This document shows positions 47,614 through 60,200 of a DNA stretch of 64,000 bases, piece by piece (position 1 is the stretch's first letter; each line of letters begins with the position of its first letter). The notes below the pieces were generated by a model. It searched no databases, was not told the origin of the DNA, and saw only the letters and a list, made by a program, of their open reading frames with translations. The DNA is from Azolla caroliniana. Lineage: Eukaryota > Plantae > Polypodiophyta. Location of the stretch: positions 1,674,001-1,738,000 of the forward strand of contig JBHGNT010000021.1 of the NCBI GenBank assembly GCA_043228905.1. The letters are read 5' to 3'. Both the position numbers and the translations under genes were made by a program.

Positions 47614-50600
47614 CTATTTATTCATCTGCATTAACCTTATCTTCTCGCATTTGGATGGTACATCAATCTTCAATTCAACTTCTTGGGTAGTTTTCTAGAT
47701 GTTTGTCACCAACATATCCAAGATCAAAGATTCTTCAGACTCTTTCTAGGTTTCTCGAACTTGCAATTCACCACTCGATCATCGAGAAGCCATCATAGTC
47801 TTCTATCAAAGTATGTGCTCACCTATTTCTTACCTCATTTCATGAATTTGTACACCCATAGTCTGTGGTTGTATCATCTAGGAGAATACTTTTCTTTCTA
47901 ATCCTTCATGTTGATTTCAACCCAATCAATGAATCTACATCTTATTGCTTGAATGGTCTTGTTGATGTTGAATGTATCGAGCACTGTATGTTGAAATCTT
48001 GGTTATGATGTATGGCTTTCTTTGAGCTTCCTAATCCTTTCTTGGAGATTATATATATCTACCTTGTGAAATGAAAAGATCTTCAATATGTAAAGGATTC
48101 CTCTTCATACCATCTCCATTTCATCGATGTGCAGAATATATTAGGCGATGTCACCACCATCAAATTGACCATCTTGCATCAAGTGTCAATTGATATCCAT
48201 CCCAATTTACATCATGGCTTTCTCACCTTTGGGAATCTTATCCAATCTAGTAAACATGAGGGATATCATTTCCCCCCTTCATCTTTGTGACACAGTTGAC
48301 CAAATGTTGTGTGCATGCTTTTCAAAACTATTCATTTGGGGATCTAGAGTTAGATGGATGGATTTGGTTAAAAAGAGGAGATATGGGAGAATAGAGTAAG
48401 GAGATAGCATAGTGTTAAGAGAGTTTTCAATCCAACACCTTCATGTATAGAGGAAATAGGATAATCACAAAAACTTATTACATAATCCTTGCATTTGATG
48501 AAGATGTTACTTCTTTGTCACTGCAAGTGCTTGTATGACTCTTTACATTGTCATCATCTTTGCCATGGAGCAAATATCTTATTGGAGGTGTACTTGAGAC
48601 CCATTAACAACCTCTTGGCCTTCTATGTAATGGAAACATGACAAGGCCACACATCTTGTTATTATTTTATGGAGCTTAAGAATGGCAAATGTCTGATTTA
48701 GTTTAATATCAGAGATCAAGAAAGCCACTTTCATTATGTATCTATTTTTTAGAAAGGGAATTGATTGGCCAAATCAAACAATGAAGTATTGAGAATTGTT
48801 CTCACAAAGATGGTAGATGAAGATCATTGAGAGCTATCAACATATTACTGATCAACCCATATCAACACTAAGCTTTTGAAAACTTATTTTTCTACTTCCC
48901 AATTCCACTCTATCGAACTTCACTTTGCCAATCTCTACTAAAAGGCAATAGGAAATGTCTCACAACATATCCCATCATTTAAGTTATAGCTAAAAAATGG
49001 CAACCACTATATACAAACCTCAAATGATAAGTGTGGCATATCTCCAATACTATTTTATCACAAAATGTTAACAAAACAATATTTACAAAACAATCTGAGC
49101 CGTGTTGAGGTATAGAAGAAAACACTGTCTACAACAACAGAGCCATGTACCAAGACACCAATAAAATGAGAGTGCAACATCAAACAATTACCACCTCAAA
49201 TCAATAAACAAATCTTGACTCAATAATGTTGCTATCAAATACATTTTCATAGGCAAAACAAAAGACACCAATTGCTAAAACCATATAAGAAAATGAAACA
49301 TGCAGGACTCCCCAACATGGACACAATTACCTTTGTTATCGACCACAGGGTGATACAAATCTATCATAAAAGATCAAATTCCCTTTAGCCTATTCTAACA
49401 ACAGCATCATAAAGTGTTCAATTTGTGATATAGCTAGATTGGACATTGGTTTCCAAAAATCTAGCTATGGTCATACTTTCCAGAAATATTGGTTTACGAA
49501 AAGGTTCAGCATTTCCCGGAAGCACAAGTAGCAAACACGAGCCTCTGGCCTTTTTAAGAAGATAAAACCCACAAAAATCTGCAAATGTTAGAAACCTTTT
49601 ACAGTCACCATGGTAGATTATATAGTCAACCAGAGTACTGCCAAGACTTTCTTCGCAGCTTAAAGCTGCAAAAAAAGCTCACAAAACACACCTGCAGAAA
49701 CAATTATTCCAACTCTCTAGTTCGCCCAACATTTTATCTGATTAACAATCATGAACAAAAACTTGGTTAAAGATGAGACATGGTTATCTGTGGCTAACCA
49801 TAGAACGAAGGGAGCTTCTGTATCAGTTTCAGCCCCAAACAGAAGAAACTTAAAACTTAAGTTGAAATACATCATAGCCAAAAACCCACATGACCCTTAA
49901 CTGGAAAGATAAAAAAATCCATACATTCCTTCTTGAAAAATACTTCTGTCTAATCAGTATACACCTTTTTATCTCATTCAGATAATACACTGCATCTGCA
50001 AGCTCTTATCAGTTTACATCTAATCAGCATACCCTTTTTTTATATTGATTAGGTGTAAACTGATACGTTTATGAACATATATCCCTCTAAATATTTGTCC
50101 ATATAAGGACTCTGTAAAATAGACTGACTGTGCCAGGCTGCTTGCATCTCAAACTAGGAACTAACCCACATTTTCTCCATAGTAACCCAATATTGCCACT
50201 TTGCCGACTGTGACAGTGGCATCATCACCCACAATAAACAGGTTATCAAAGCACCCAAATCAAACTCTTTTCACATAACTCACTTACAAAACCATTGGGA
50301 AGGCAGACAAGTGACTGAGTCTGTCATAAACCCCTTGATGAAATTAAGGCACTTTCCAAACAACAAATGTTTTGCCAAATTTCTCATTCTGGTTTTATAT
50401 GTCGAAAAATGGCTTCTCATCCAAGAGAGCATTGTAGCATGTGATGCATAATCTATCATTTCAGAATTCATTGCCCTTCACATGATCTATCTTTCTTTGC
50501 AAAACCTGAGCCAACTGAAAATCTGGTGTAAGCCTCAAATTTGCTTCTTGTTCATATACACAAGGTGCATTTGTTTAAATATTTGTAGCATTCATGAATG

Positions 50601-50909
50601 AATACGATCACTTTTATAAACCTATTAAGAAGACATGATGGTAGTACATACACAAATGTCAACCACAGAGTACACTTGTAGTTCTTAAACACTTTAATCC
50701 TGTTCATGACAAACCACCCCATACTCTGGCACCCACGTATGCAAACAAACAAAAGTAATATTCATCAAAGGATCCATGTAACTCATATATCTATTCATTC
50801 ATGTCTCTTGCCTACAAACACATAACATGCACTTTCATGTCACTCTCTGCCAGAGGAATCTCCAGCAAAATATCCATAAAAACGTTCATCAATTTTCTTC
50901 CAGGATGTT

Positions 50910-51834
50910 TTAGTACCGATCATTGTAAGCAGCTGGATGTCCAGTGGGCCGTCCATATGGGCTGGGTCGGTCCCTAAAGCCTCTACTATAGCGAGGACCT
51001 CCTCTACCATTACCACCACCACCACCCCTGCCAAATCCATTATCACCATACCGGCCTCCGCCAGTAGCATAACGTCCTCCAGAACTGTAACTGCCACCAC
51101 CACCACCACCATATCGATCCATATCATCACCATATCGATCAACATCCCCACCATACCGGCCACCATTGGTTTGTGGGGGGCCACTGTATCTGTCACCACG
51201 ACCACCACCAAATCGAGGTGGTGGAAACCGGCCACCATCTCGGCCTCCATCACCAAGCGGACACTCCCTAGCCCAATGACCGAGCTTTCCACACTTAAAG
51301 CATTCATCACCGCCACCACTTCCACCACCGCCACCACTTCTTCCTCCTCTTCCTCCTCTCCCTGCTCTTCCTCCTCCTCTCTGAAACCCACCACCACCAC
51401 TACTACCCCTTCCCCTACCATTACCATCGTCATTATCATCGTATGCATCCTCATACATATAGCCTCTGCCTCCACCAGATAATTGTTGCGGCTGTGCTCT
51501 GTTCACACATATAATTCTTCCATCCAGTTCCCCATTGTGCAATCCACTTATCGCATCTTCCATGCTTTGCTCATCTGCAAATGTTACAAACCCAAACCCT
51601 CGAGGCCGCCCAGTATCCCTATCAATCATCACCTGAAGTATATGCAAACACAGAGATATACATAAAGTGAGATCAATTTATAAAAGACAAAAGAATGTTT
51701 TTTTTCATATTTGATTCATTCACCTGAGCATCAAGAACCTTTCCAAATCTCCGAAATGCCTGTTCTAGTCTCTTGTCGGTTGTATCCCAAGAAAGTCCTC
51801 CTACAAAAACTCGACAATCCTCTGCATCTGCCAT
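50910..51834 (-). CDS. RZ1: Glycine-rich RNA-binding protein RZ-1 type (RRM + CCHC zinc knuckle + RG/RD-rich tail)
   Basis: Exon 51834-51724 (MADAEDCRVFVGGLSWDTTDKRLEQAFRRFGKVLDAQ) and exon 51632-50910 (VMIDRDTGRPRGFGFVTF...ECFKCGKLGHWARECP...RDRPSPYGRP). Probable 5'UTR intron with donor at ~52287 and acceptor at ~51857. Confidence 0.93.
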
Positions 51835-52318
51835 TCCTAGAGTATAACAAGGCTACTGCAGAAAATGTTAAGAAGAATTTAGACACAATCTAGTGAATTG
51901 TGATGAAGAGGAGATTTGAGTTGGATGCACAAAAACATGTGATTCAATTTGCATTCAAGGTTTCCATGAAAATGTAGTGCACCTAAACACACTGTGTACA
52001 GTTAGAGGGAGAGATAGAGAGAGAGAGAAAGACTGCTATGTAAAAACGAAGCAAACTCTTCTAGCAGAAAGAGAGAAAAAAAAAAAAAAAAATTTAAAAA
52101 CCCAATTCTTGGCGAAGGAATTGTTGAGCTCCGAGAAGAGAGCAAAGACAATGGTAAAGAATATATGGGTTTGGGGGAGGGGGTCATAAGAAAGGAGTAA
52201 AACAAACAAAAAACAAAAAAAAAAAAACCAGAGAAGTGGAGGAATAAAGAAGGAAAGCAGAGGATTTGTGATAGAGCGAGCAGTTACCTGGAGCTGTTGC
52301 GGGGGAGACGAGCGGTCG

Positions 52319-52349
<31 letters not shown>

Positions 52350-52701
52350 TCTCGTTCAGCCACAGAGAGACAGAGACAAAATCGGCTACTCTGTTTCTCT
52401 GCTTTTAAAATGTGACCTAAAAGAAGAGACTGTGTGTTTCTAACACATAATATATATGTACATACATACATAATATATGTATGTACATATATATATACAT
52501 ATACATACATATGTATAAGAGAGACTCTGTTTCTCTCTTCTTCACTCTTAAGTTTTAACTAAGATAAGCTGAACAAAACACACATCATTTGATATACATA
52601 TATGTGGTAGTAGTAGCAGAAGCACTAGTAGTAATGGTAGTAATAGTAGTAGTAGTCATAGTAGTCTATTTGTCTACCACGCCCTCCCTCATCCGCTCGC
52701 T

Positions 52702-52926
52702 CAAACTCATATGTGAACATGGATGGACATATGACATTGGTAATGTCCTCATATATCTATCTATCTATATAGATAGATAAATATAGATATATGTTGTTAT
52801 TATATACGATCTATACGAGAGGGAGAGCCCAACCTTGATGACATATCTGACTTGGGTTCTCTCTTCCATTCAAACTCATATGTGAACATGGATGGACATA
52901 TGTCATTGGTAATGTCTGCATATATC

Positions 52927-52961
<35 letters not shown>

Positions 52962-53075
52962 TGTGTGTGTGAGAGAGAGAAAGAGATCTATATATATGTT
53001 GTTATTAATTACGATCTACACGAGAGGGTGAGCCCAACCTCGATGACATATTTGACTTGGGTTCTCTCTTCCATC
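52702..53075. repeat. Tandem pair of ~170-200 bp units, each ending in a hairpin, upstream of RZ-1
   Basis: caaactcatatgtgaacatggatggacatatg...gagcccaa..ttgggttctctcttccat at 52702 and 52871. The units differ mainly by internal microsatellite expansion. Confidence 0.8.
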
Positions 53076-53121
53076 AAACATGGGTTCCCTCATAGAGAGA
53101 GAGAGAGAGAGAGAGAGAGAG

Positions 53122-53658
53122 GTTCGCCTTTGGGATTAGCTCGAATGCGATGTGGACTAGCAACATGTAGTTGCTTTTTTTGCACTGTTCAAATGGAAGA
53201 TAATACTCTTCGTTCCGTGCAATGTTCGATTGCTTGTCAAAGTTGGAGACTGGAGTTACATTTCTCAAATTTTGGCAAGTTTTATTGTGGTGTCGTTTGA
53301 TGCCTAGACAGTGGATGTTTGCGCAATTCACACAAGTTGACCCAAAATTAGAGATGGAAATATTATTTTCCTATTTCTAAGGTATTGGGGATTGCGTCAT
53401 AATTGGGATATGCGTAATGCTTTTGTATTTGATGGTAGGCATGGAATCAGAGCGTGTCTACAAAAGTTGAAGAGAGTACTAATATGGCAATTATCTTCAT
53501 TGGAGCAAGTGGAAATTCTTTCATCAGTGGAGTGTTCATCTTGCATATTGGCAATTCAACATGTTCCACTACCCATGTAGTTTGTGGGTGACCATACTCC
53601 ATTGTGACACCCATTGTAGTGTTTTTCACACACATTTATCAATATAATTTTGTGTTTT

Positions 53659-53662
<4 letters not shown>
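53122..53662 (+). mobile_element. 5'-truncated L1 3' end between (GA)n tracts
   Basis: CFFCTVQMEDN..., LRYWGLRHNWDMRNAFVFDG...HVPLPM*. Reverse-complement homolog of 17019-17555. (GA)n at 53094-53121 and 53663-53695. Confidence 0.8.
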
Positions 53663-53695
<33 letters not shown>

Positions 53696-53697
<2 letters not shown>

Positions 53698-53905
53698 TGA
53701 AGAGAGTACTAATATGACAATTTTCTTTATTGGAGCAAGTGGAAATCCTTTCCTCAGTGGAATGTTTGTCTTGCCTATTAGCAATTCAAGATGTTCCATT
53801 GCCCATGTAGTGTAGTGTAGTTAATGGGTGACCACACTTCATGGTCACACCCATTATAAGTAGTGTTTTTTACACACATATATTAATATAATTGTGTGTT
53901 CTCAC

Positions 53906-53908
<3 letters not shown>
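53696..53908 (+). mobile_element. Second, shorter 5'-truncated copy of the same L1 between (GA)n tracts
   Basis: Homologous to 53466-53662; followed by (GA)n at 53909-53942. Confidence 0.8.
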
Positions 53909-53945
<37 letters not shown>

Positions 53946-54888
53946 ATAAGAAATGATCATGGAGATGCAAACATGTCTAAAGCACATAATAAGTAAATAG
54001 AAGGGAAATCTTTATTTTTGATAGAATAACACTAAACAATTACTTGACAATTATTAAAGAGATTGGTTCCTTGTTCACAAGATAAATAGGCAAAGAGCAA
54101 ATACATGTTAAATAGAACCCTTGATTACATCGTGTGTAGCACAATTACGAGAAGATAGAATGAACAATCATAAAGAAGAAGAAGAAACATTGTTAGTTGT
54201 GTAGCCCTTGCTTATTAAACACGAAGAATGAGCTTTATTGCCTTCAAACACCCCTCATAACCCTTTGTTGATCCCTTGTGATGAGAACAAGATGAAGAAG
54301 AAATAAATAGAAAGTCCCTTCTTTCTATACTTTTGCACATGCCAGGCTATCTTTTTCCCATCATATGTCCTTCTTTTTCCTAAATTTAAGCTCAAATGAG
54401 CACCCAAACCTCTTTGGAGCTTGTTTGATTTTGAGTTCATTCTCAAAGCACGTGTGGAGTTTGAGGGAGAGGGAGAGCACGTAACTCACTATTGAGTTAT
54501 CATGGATATTAGATAAAAAAAACTCACACATGCACATGATCTTCTCATTTGTATGTGGGTATGATTGGTCATGGACATCTCATGTAGGGTTTATTAAGTT
54601 CCAAGTGAGTCTCATTAAGTGTTTGTTAGGCGTCTCGCTTTCCAATGTTATTTTCTACGGATACAACAAAGACTCCAAGAAGGAGGGCAATAAAGAGAGT
54701 GTGTGTGTGACATTGTCATGTCTCGTATGGGGTATAAAGGTAATGTCTATAAATCTTTATACCCTCCCAAGCATGTAAGGGACACAAACATAATATAGTT
54801 AAATAAGAAAGAAATATAGACACGAAACTATAAACATTTTGTTGAGGTTCTTCATCATTTTGATATCTCCTCAAAGCTCATGCTTAAG

Positions 54889-54932
<44 letters not shown>

Positions 54933-54935
<3 letters not shown>

Positions 54936-55655
54936 CTTGAGGTTGAGAATGGTTGTGCTAATGGAGTCCCTAAAGAGGGAAGGATATGTAGATTATGTCA
55001 CGTAGAGATAGAGGATGAGTACCACTTTACATGCAAGTGTCCAATTTACATCAAGGTAAGGGCAAAATACCAAGACATACTAGGACCCTCTCCAAACTAT
55101 TAGACACCTCTAATATAAAGAAACTAGGCGTATATATATTAAAGCTAAAACAACATACAGAGGATAGGCTACAAAATACTAACCATACCCCCAATTTTCT
55201 TTAGGGACAAGAGGGGATGATGATCATGGACACACTTGCACCACTTGGCCTCTCCCTCGCTGAAGCACAAAACCAAAGAACAACCAAACACCCTCGTATG
55301 TCAAGCCTTGAAGTCACTCGTTGTGTAGAAGCAATTAAGAAGCTAACGGAAGGTGAGTTACATTTGCCATAAGCTATGGTCGGGGTACCTTTTACATTGG
55401 GACCACGAGCCACACCTGCGTCAAAACCCCTTCACCTCCCACCCCTTTTCGAGAAACTTGGATGGAAATGAAACTAGGTCTAACACATAGCCATAACCTT
55501 TATAGAATATGTTGTACCATAACACCTTTTGTACAATTTTAGAACAATTTTATCTAAGTTTCATTTTATTTTTATTTGTAATGATTGGGTACATGTCCCG
55601 TTTTGTTGTAACCACTTGTCTCACAGGCCAATTTTGGTCTTAGACAATGTTAATA
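54933..55655 (+). mobile_element. 5'-truncated RTE-X-like LINE copy starting at a (TC)n tract
   Basis: LEVENGCANGVPKEGRICRLCHVEIEDEYHFTCKCP. Largely colinear with 16100-16690, including the 3' UTR. (TC)n at 54890-54932. Confidence 0.78.
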
Positions 55656-57228
55656 TATCTTTCTTTATTTTTCTTTGTAGTTAATAATCTCCTTAATTAT
55701 AAACAAAAACCTTATCATTGTATGTTAAATCTTGCAATTATATTAGGCAAACTAATGAAAGCTAAATTATGATAGTGATTTATTGTCTCATTGCGCTTAT
55801 ATCATGTGTCTGGACACATGGTGAAGTGTCATTGTGATCAAGTGGCAAAATTGTACTATAATTGTGCAAGTGATTAAGTCATAGAACAACATCAAAGTTA
55901 TCTTTGGTAGTTACCCTATGTACAAGAAGCTCAAAGATGATTGACACCGAAAAGGATAGATGATGGCACGTCCCCGCACCACGATCTTGAGGGAGTTTTC
56001 AAGAAGAGCACCTAAGTAGGACATGGTCTTTAGTAAGGCACTATAATTAGTTCTCCACGTAAAGTTAAGACCATTGCTCGTTGACATCATAAGTAAGGTC
56101 CCTCTAGATGTTGACTGACTATGGTTTCTTTGAGTTGGGTTGTGGCTGTTGCTAGTTGCTTAGAAACATCTCAAGTAAGGTTTAGTTAATCTCAAGAGGT
56201 CGTTTGCAATGAAATGCCCACAATGTTAATAACTTGAGTATTTCCTTGTTTTCCATAGCTTGATCTCGGCCAAACATGCATAACAATTTTGAAAAGGGGA
56301 AAACTCGAAAGTAACCTCAAGTTTTTCCTTATTCAACCAAATGCCCCTTTGCGAACACCCATAAGAGCAAATGCATGCTCAAAGCAAGAAAATGCTATGG
56401 TCAACGACATATTGGTATTTTCTTAGTCAGGTGTGCTAATATGAGCAAATGATATTGGTGGATAGTATCATGGGATCGATCGAGCTTGTAAACAATGAAA
56501 TCAAAGAAAGGCGGATCTCCAATTGTAGCAAGCCATCCACGCAAGTTTGATTGGACATTGATTCAATTCGAAATCCAAGATGTCCACAATGCTCTATGTT
56601 ATCAATCCATTGCAAATAATCTTTCCTCAAATTCTCGTGATGCGAGTGTCCGTTCCAATAATCTACCCACAGTTGTGATTCCCATGATGCGACTGGTCAT
56701 TTCCCGGGAACAAATTCCCCGGACATTTCGTGCTGAAGAGGGGTCATTTCCGGGAGCCAAATTCCCATCCTTAAGTTTAGATTGATAGATATATACATTT
56801 AGGATGGATGGATGAATTGATCATATTGCTTCATCATTCATTGATTCATTCTCCAAGGTTTTCAGAGAAAGGATTTAGGTTAAAGAAAGAATATCATTTT
56901 CTAGGGTTTACTCCCCAAGCCAATACAGAGACCTCAGGCAAGTAGTAATCAGCAACCCGTGATGTATATATTTACAGGATTCTTTGTTTTTCTTTCTTAA
57001 AGTCTTGATGTTGATTGCTTTCTGTGCTTGGATATTTTCCTATGAACCCTTCATGGGCAATGTTCTCATTATGATGCTCTCTGTTCATGCTTGCACATAC
57101 ATGAATGCATAACCTACACACATGCATGTACATACATACATACATACATACATACTGCATACATACATACTGAGATTTGCTGCATACATACATTCATACA
57201 TACTGAGATTTGCTGTTTAGGTTTGGAG

Positions 57229-60200
57229 ATGGGCGAGCTACCAGAATCCCTGATCCAAATCATTCTGAGGAAATGCGCATTGGAAGACATAGGGCGTGCC
57301 TCATGTGTTGACTTTCGATGGTTCCATGCTGCTTCGGATGAGACCCTCTGGAGGGACCTCTGCTCTAAAGACTTTGGCCTTGACTCGCCCTCAGATCATC
57401 TCGGAAGTCCTTGTTCCTCCTTCAAGGTTAATCATAAAATCATCTCTATTTTTGGCTTGTTTTTATTTGTGTATATTCAGGAAACCATGGTCTTAGGAAT
57501 GCTTGCTTTGAATAGCTGCTTTTGCTTTTTATTTGTTTTGTTGGTTATTAGCAATCATGATGTGCTCACACCCACTGATGTGTGCTCACTACTCAACTCT
57601 AGGTCACCCCTGAACCTTGGGCCAGACAAACCATTGTATTCATTTATGTGTGCTGTAACAGTTTTCTTCTGAAAAATACAAAGAGGTTTGTATAGGTTTG
57701 TTTACATCTGTCCGTCAATTTCTAATCTGCACTAAGCCTCAGTGACTTACTGTGATTAGTATGATGTATACAATAGTTTATATATAGGATTTTGGGTTTT
57801 GCATCTTATAGCTTATTTGTGTTCTCTATATGATTTATGGAGGAATTGTGCTCATTGTTGATTTTTCTTGTGAAACACATGCTGATGTGCACACATACAC
57901 AACACATATACAGGATGCCTACAAGACATGGCATACAAATTTTGCAAAATATCCAATTTCTTTGGTTCGGAGGACAAAAAAGTGTTGGGATTCTTTGCGG
58001 TCATGGGCATCAACCAACTATCCACAGCTAGCTAGATCGCTGACACCTGGTGTGTCAGAAAGTTTTTTGGATCAAATAGAGGCAACATTAGGCTGGGAAT
58101 TACCATTATCTGTTCGCTTACAATATCGATTTTGTGGAGGGCAAGATTATGAGACTATAGCTGATGATGAGGATATGCATGATGATGATAAAAGGACTTA
58201 TGCTGGCCTGCTAGGTGGTTATAAGTTCTATGATCACAATGTTGATGTCAAGTTTCTGTCACTTGAGATGGTTGTGTATTTGACGAAAAATACAATTCCT
58301 CATTTGAAAAGGCTCAAAGCACAGAATTGGATCATTATTGCAGCATCTGGACCACTAATGAAGTTCTTTTTGCTCAATTGCCGGGATGGTTCACTTCATG
58401 TTGGGACTCGGAAATGTGCAAGTCACGGAGAAGTTATCAACTGTGTTCCACCCCATCCAGATTCGACAACTATGCAAGATTCCTTGTTACGTTGGCTTGA
58501 AGAGTATTCTAGAAGGTTGAATAGTGGAATGTATAAAGTGCAGAAAAATGGTGGTGCAATTAGGATAAGCCTTTTCCCTGAACAAGAACCATGGTGCACA
58601 GAGGCAGTGTCGCAGGGTGTGCAGGTTAGTGCTGAATTCTAAGTGGAACTATGGTATTTTTACATCTATTCATGTTCCAAACAGGTTTATGTACTTTTTA
58701 TTTCACATTTTCTCTTAATATGTAATTAGCCTTACTATATCTTGGAGTTCTGTTATCTCTCATTTTAGATATAAAAAGATGGCACATAAATAAAACCTCT
58801 TATACCAATTCCATTCTCTTAGGCTCTCGCTCTTTGAATTTTCTTCTGTTGGAAACAATATGGTTCAAAGAAAACAGGAAGGGATTTCATCAGTTCATTA
58901 CTTCCTGGTGCTGCAAAAACTTATGATCTCGCTAGAACTGCTTTGGCTATTTTAGTCCTGATAATTTTAGGGGATTGGATGCTGTATCCCAAATCATGCT
59001 GAAGATCATGAAAGTTATCTCGTTCTATTTCAATTGACCCCCATCCATTAGGAATGCACTGCATAAAGATTTGTAGGGGTAACAAAAAGTATTCAATGTC
59101 TACATCTTAGCGCACGGCGCTTGGAACTGAATTTGTGAGCACAGCCTTTCTAGTCTCGTTAATGCATAAAAAATTGAGTCTGTGCAACTCCTCTCATGGA
59201 GATGATAGGTTCTGTGAACACCATATGTTTACCTTAACTTTATTTTTTCCAAGGTTCACTGAAGATCCAGTATCTTATGCAAAAAACTATTGAGTTTTCA
59301 AGTGTATGCATAAGCCCTCTAGAGAGTGTGATATCAGCATCATATCATCTGCACATAAGAGAATAGGTGGTACCAATGTACCTGCCAACCGAAATCCTAT
59401 CCCCTTCTTGCATAATATAATCCAACAATATCATCTGAGAGAGGGTCATCCTTGTTTCCCTCCAGTAGAGATTGGAATTAATGGGCTCTAAAAGTCTCTT
59501 TGCATGTCATGCTTTGCCTACTATCTGATATAGTGCCATGATTGCCCCTTTGAAATTTATGAGGAACTCCAAAATTCTCTAACATGCTAACCAATCTTGT
59601 CCTAAGAACAATATTCAAACCACAAAGTAAGAATACAGTCATTCATTGTGGGCCTGACACTCATCAACGATGGGTCTTAATGTGAATATATGATCTGAGT
59701 AGGAAATCTTCTTACTGCTACTTGTTCGTCGGCTCTTAGATTCCAATGCTCTGCTCAACTGCTCAATTCATGCTCAAGTATTGATGCATAAAATGAGTGA
59801 CCAATCATTGATAGCATGATGGAGGGAGCAACATGTATGTGGTAACTTGTAACAATGAAGAGAAGGTGAAGAAATGAGTCTTGAGCAATGATTGAGCAAT
59901 GAGAAGAGAGGGAGAGAAAGAAAGTAAAAGAAGAAACAAGATATAATAATGCTCCAGAAAAACATAATGGGCTATGAATCCTAACAAATATTACAACTCT
60001 TTATGTCAACATGCCAATGTGAGGACAAGAAAAATAAATAAATGTATTTATTAACTAGCTTCTTGAAACAATATGACTTGACATGCAATCATGAATCATG
60101 AATAATCAATAATGAAGATTGATTCTTGATCATTGAAATTGAACTTGCTGCCTTTGAAAATATCTTTAATGGGATGATTCAATATCGGAAGGTTGTTTGA

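Noticed and set aside
50840-51482. Overlapping 211-aa and 181-aa ORFs on RZ-1
   Set aside because: Alternative-frame and antisense readings of GGT/GGA glycine codon repeats give poly-V/E/T/S; no independent evidence.
55900-56650. Helitron or hAT transposase remnant
   Set aside because: Only a chance-level HLLLW-like string; no other diagnostic motifs or termini.
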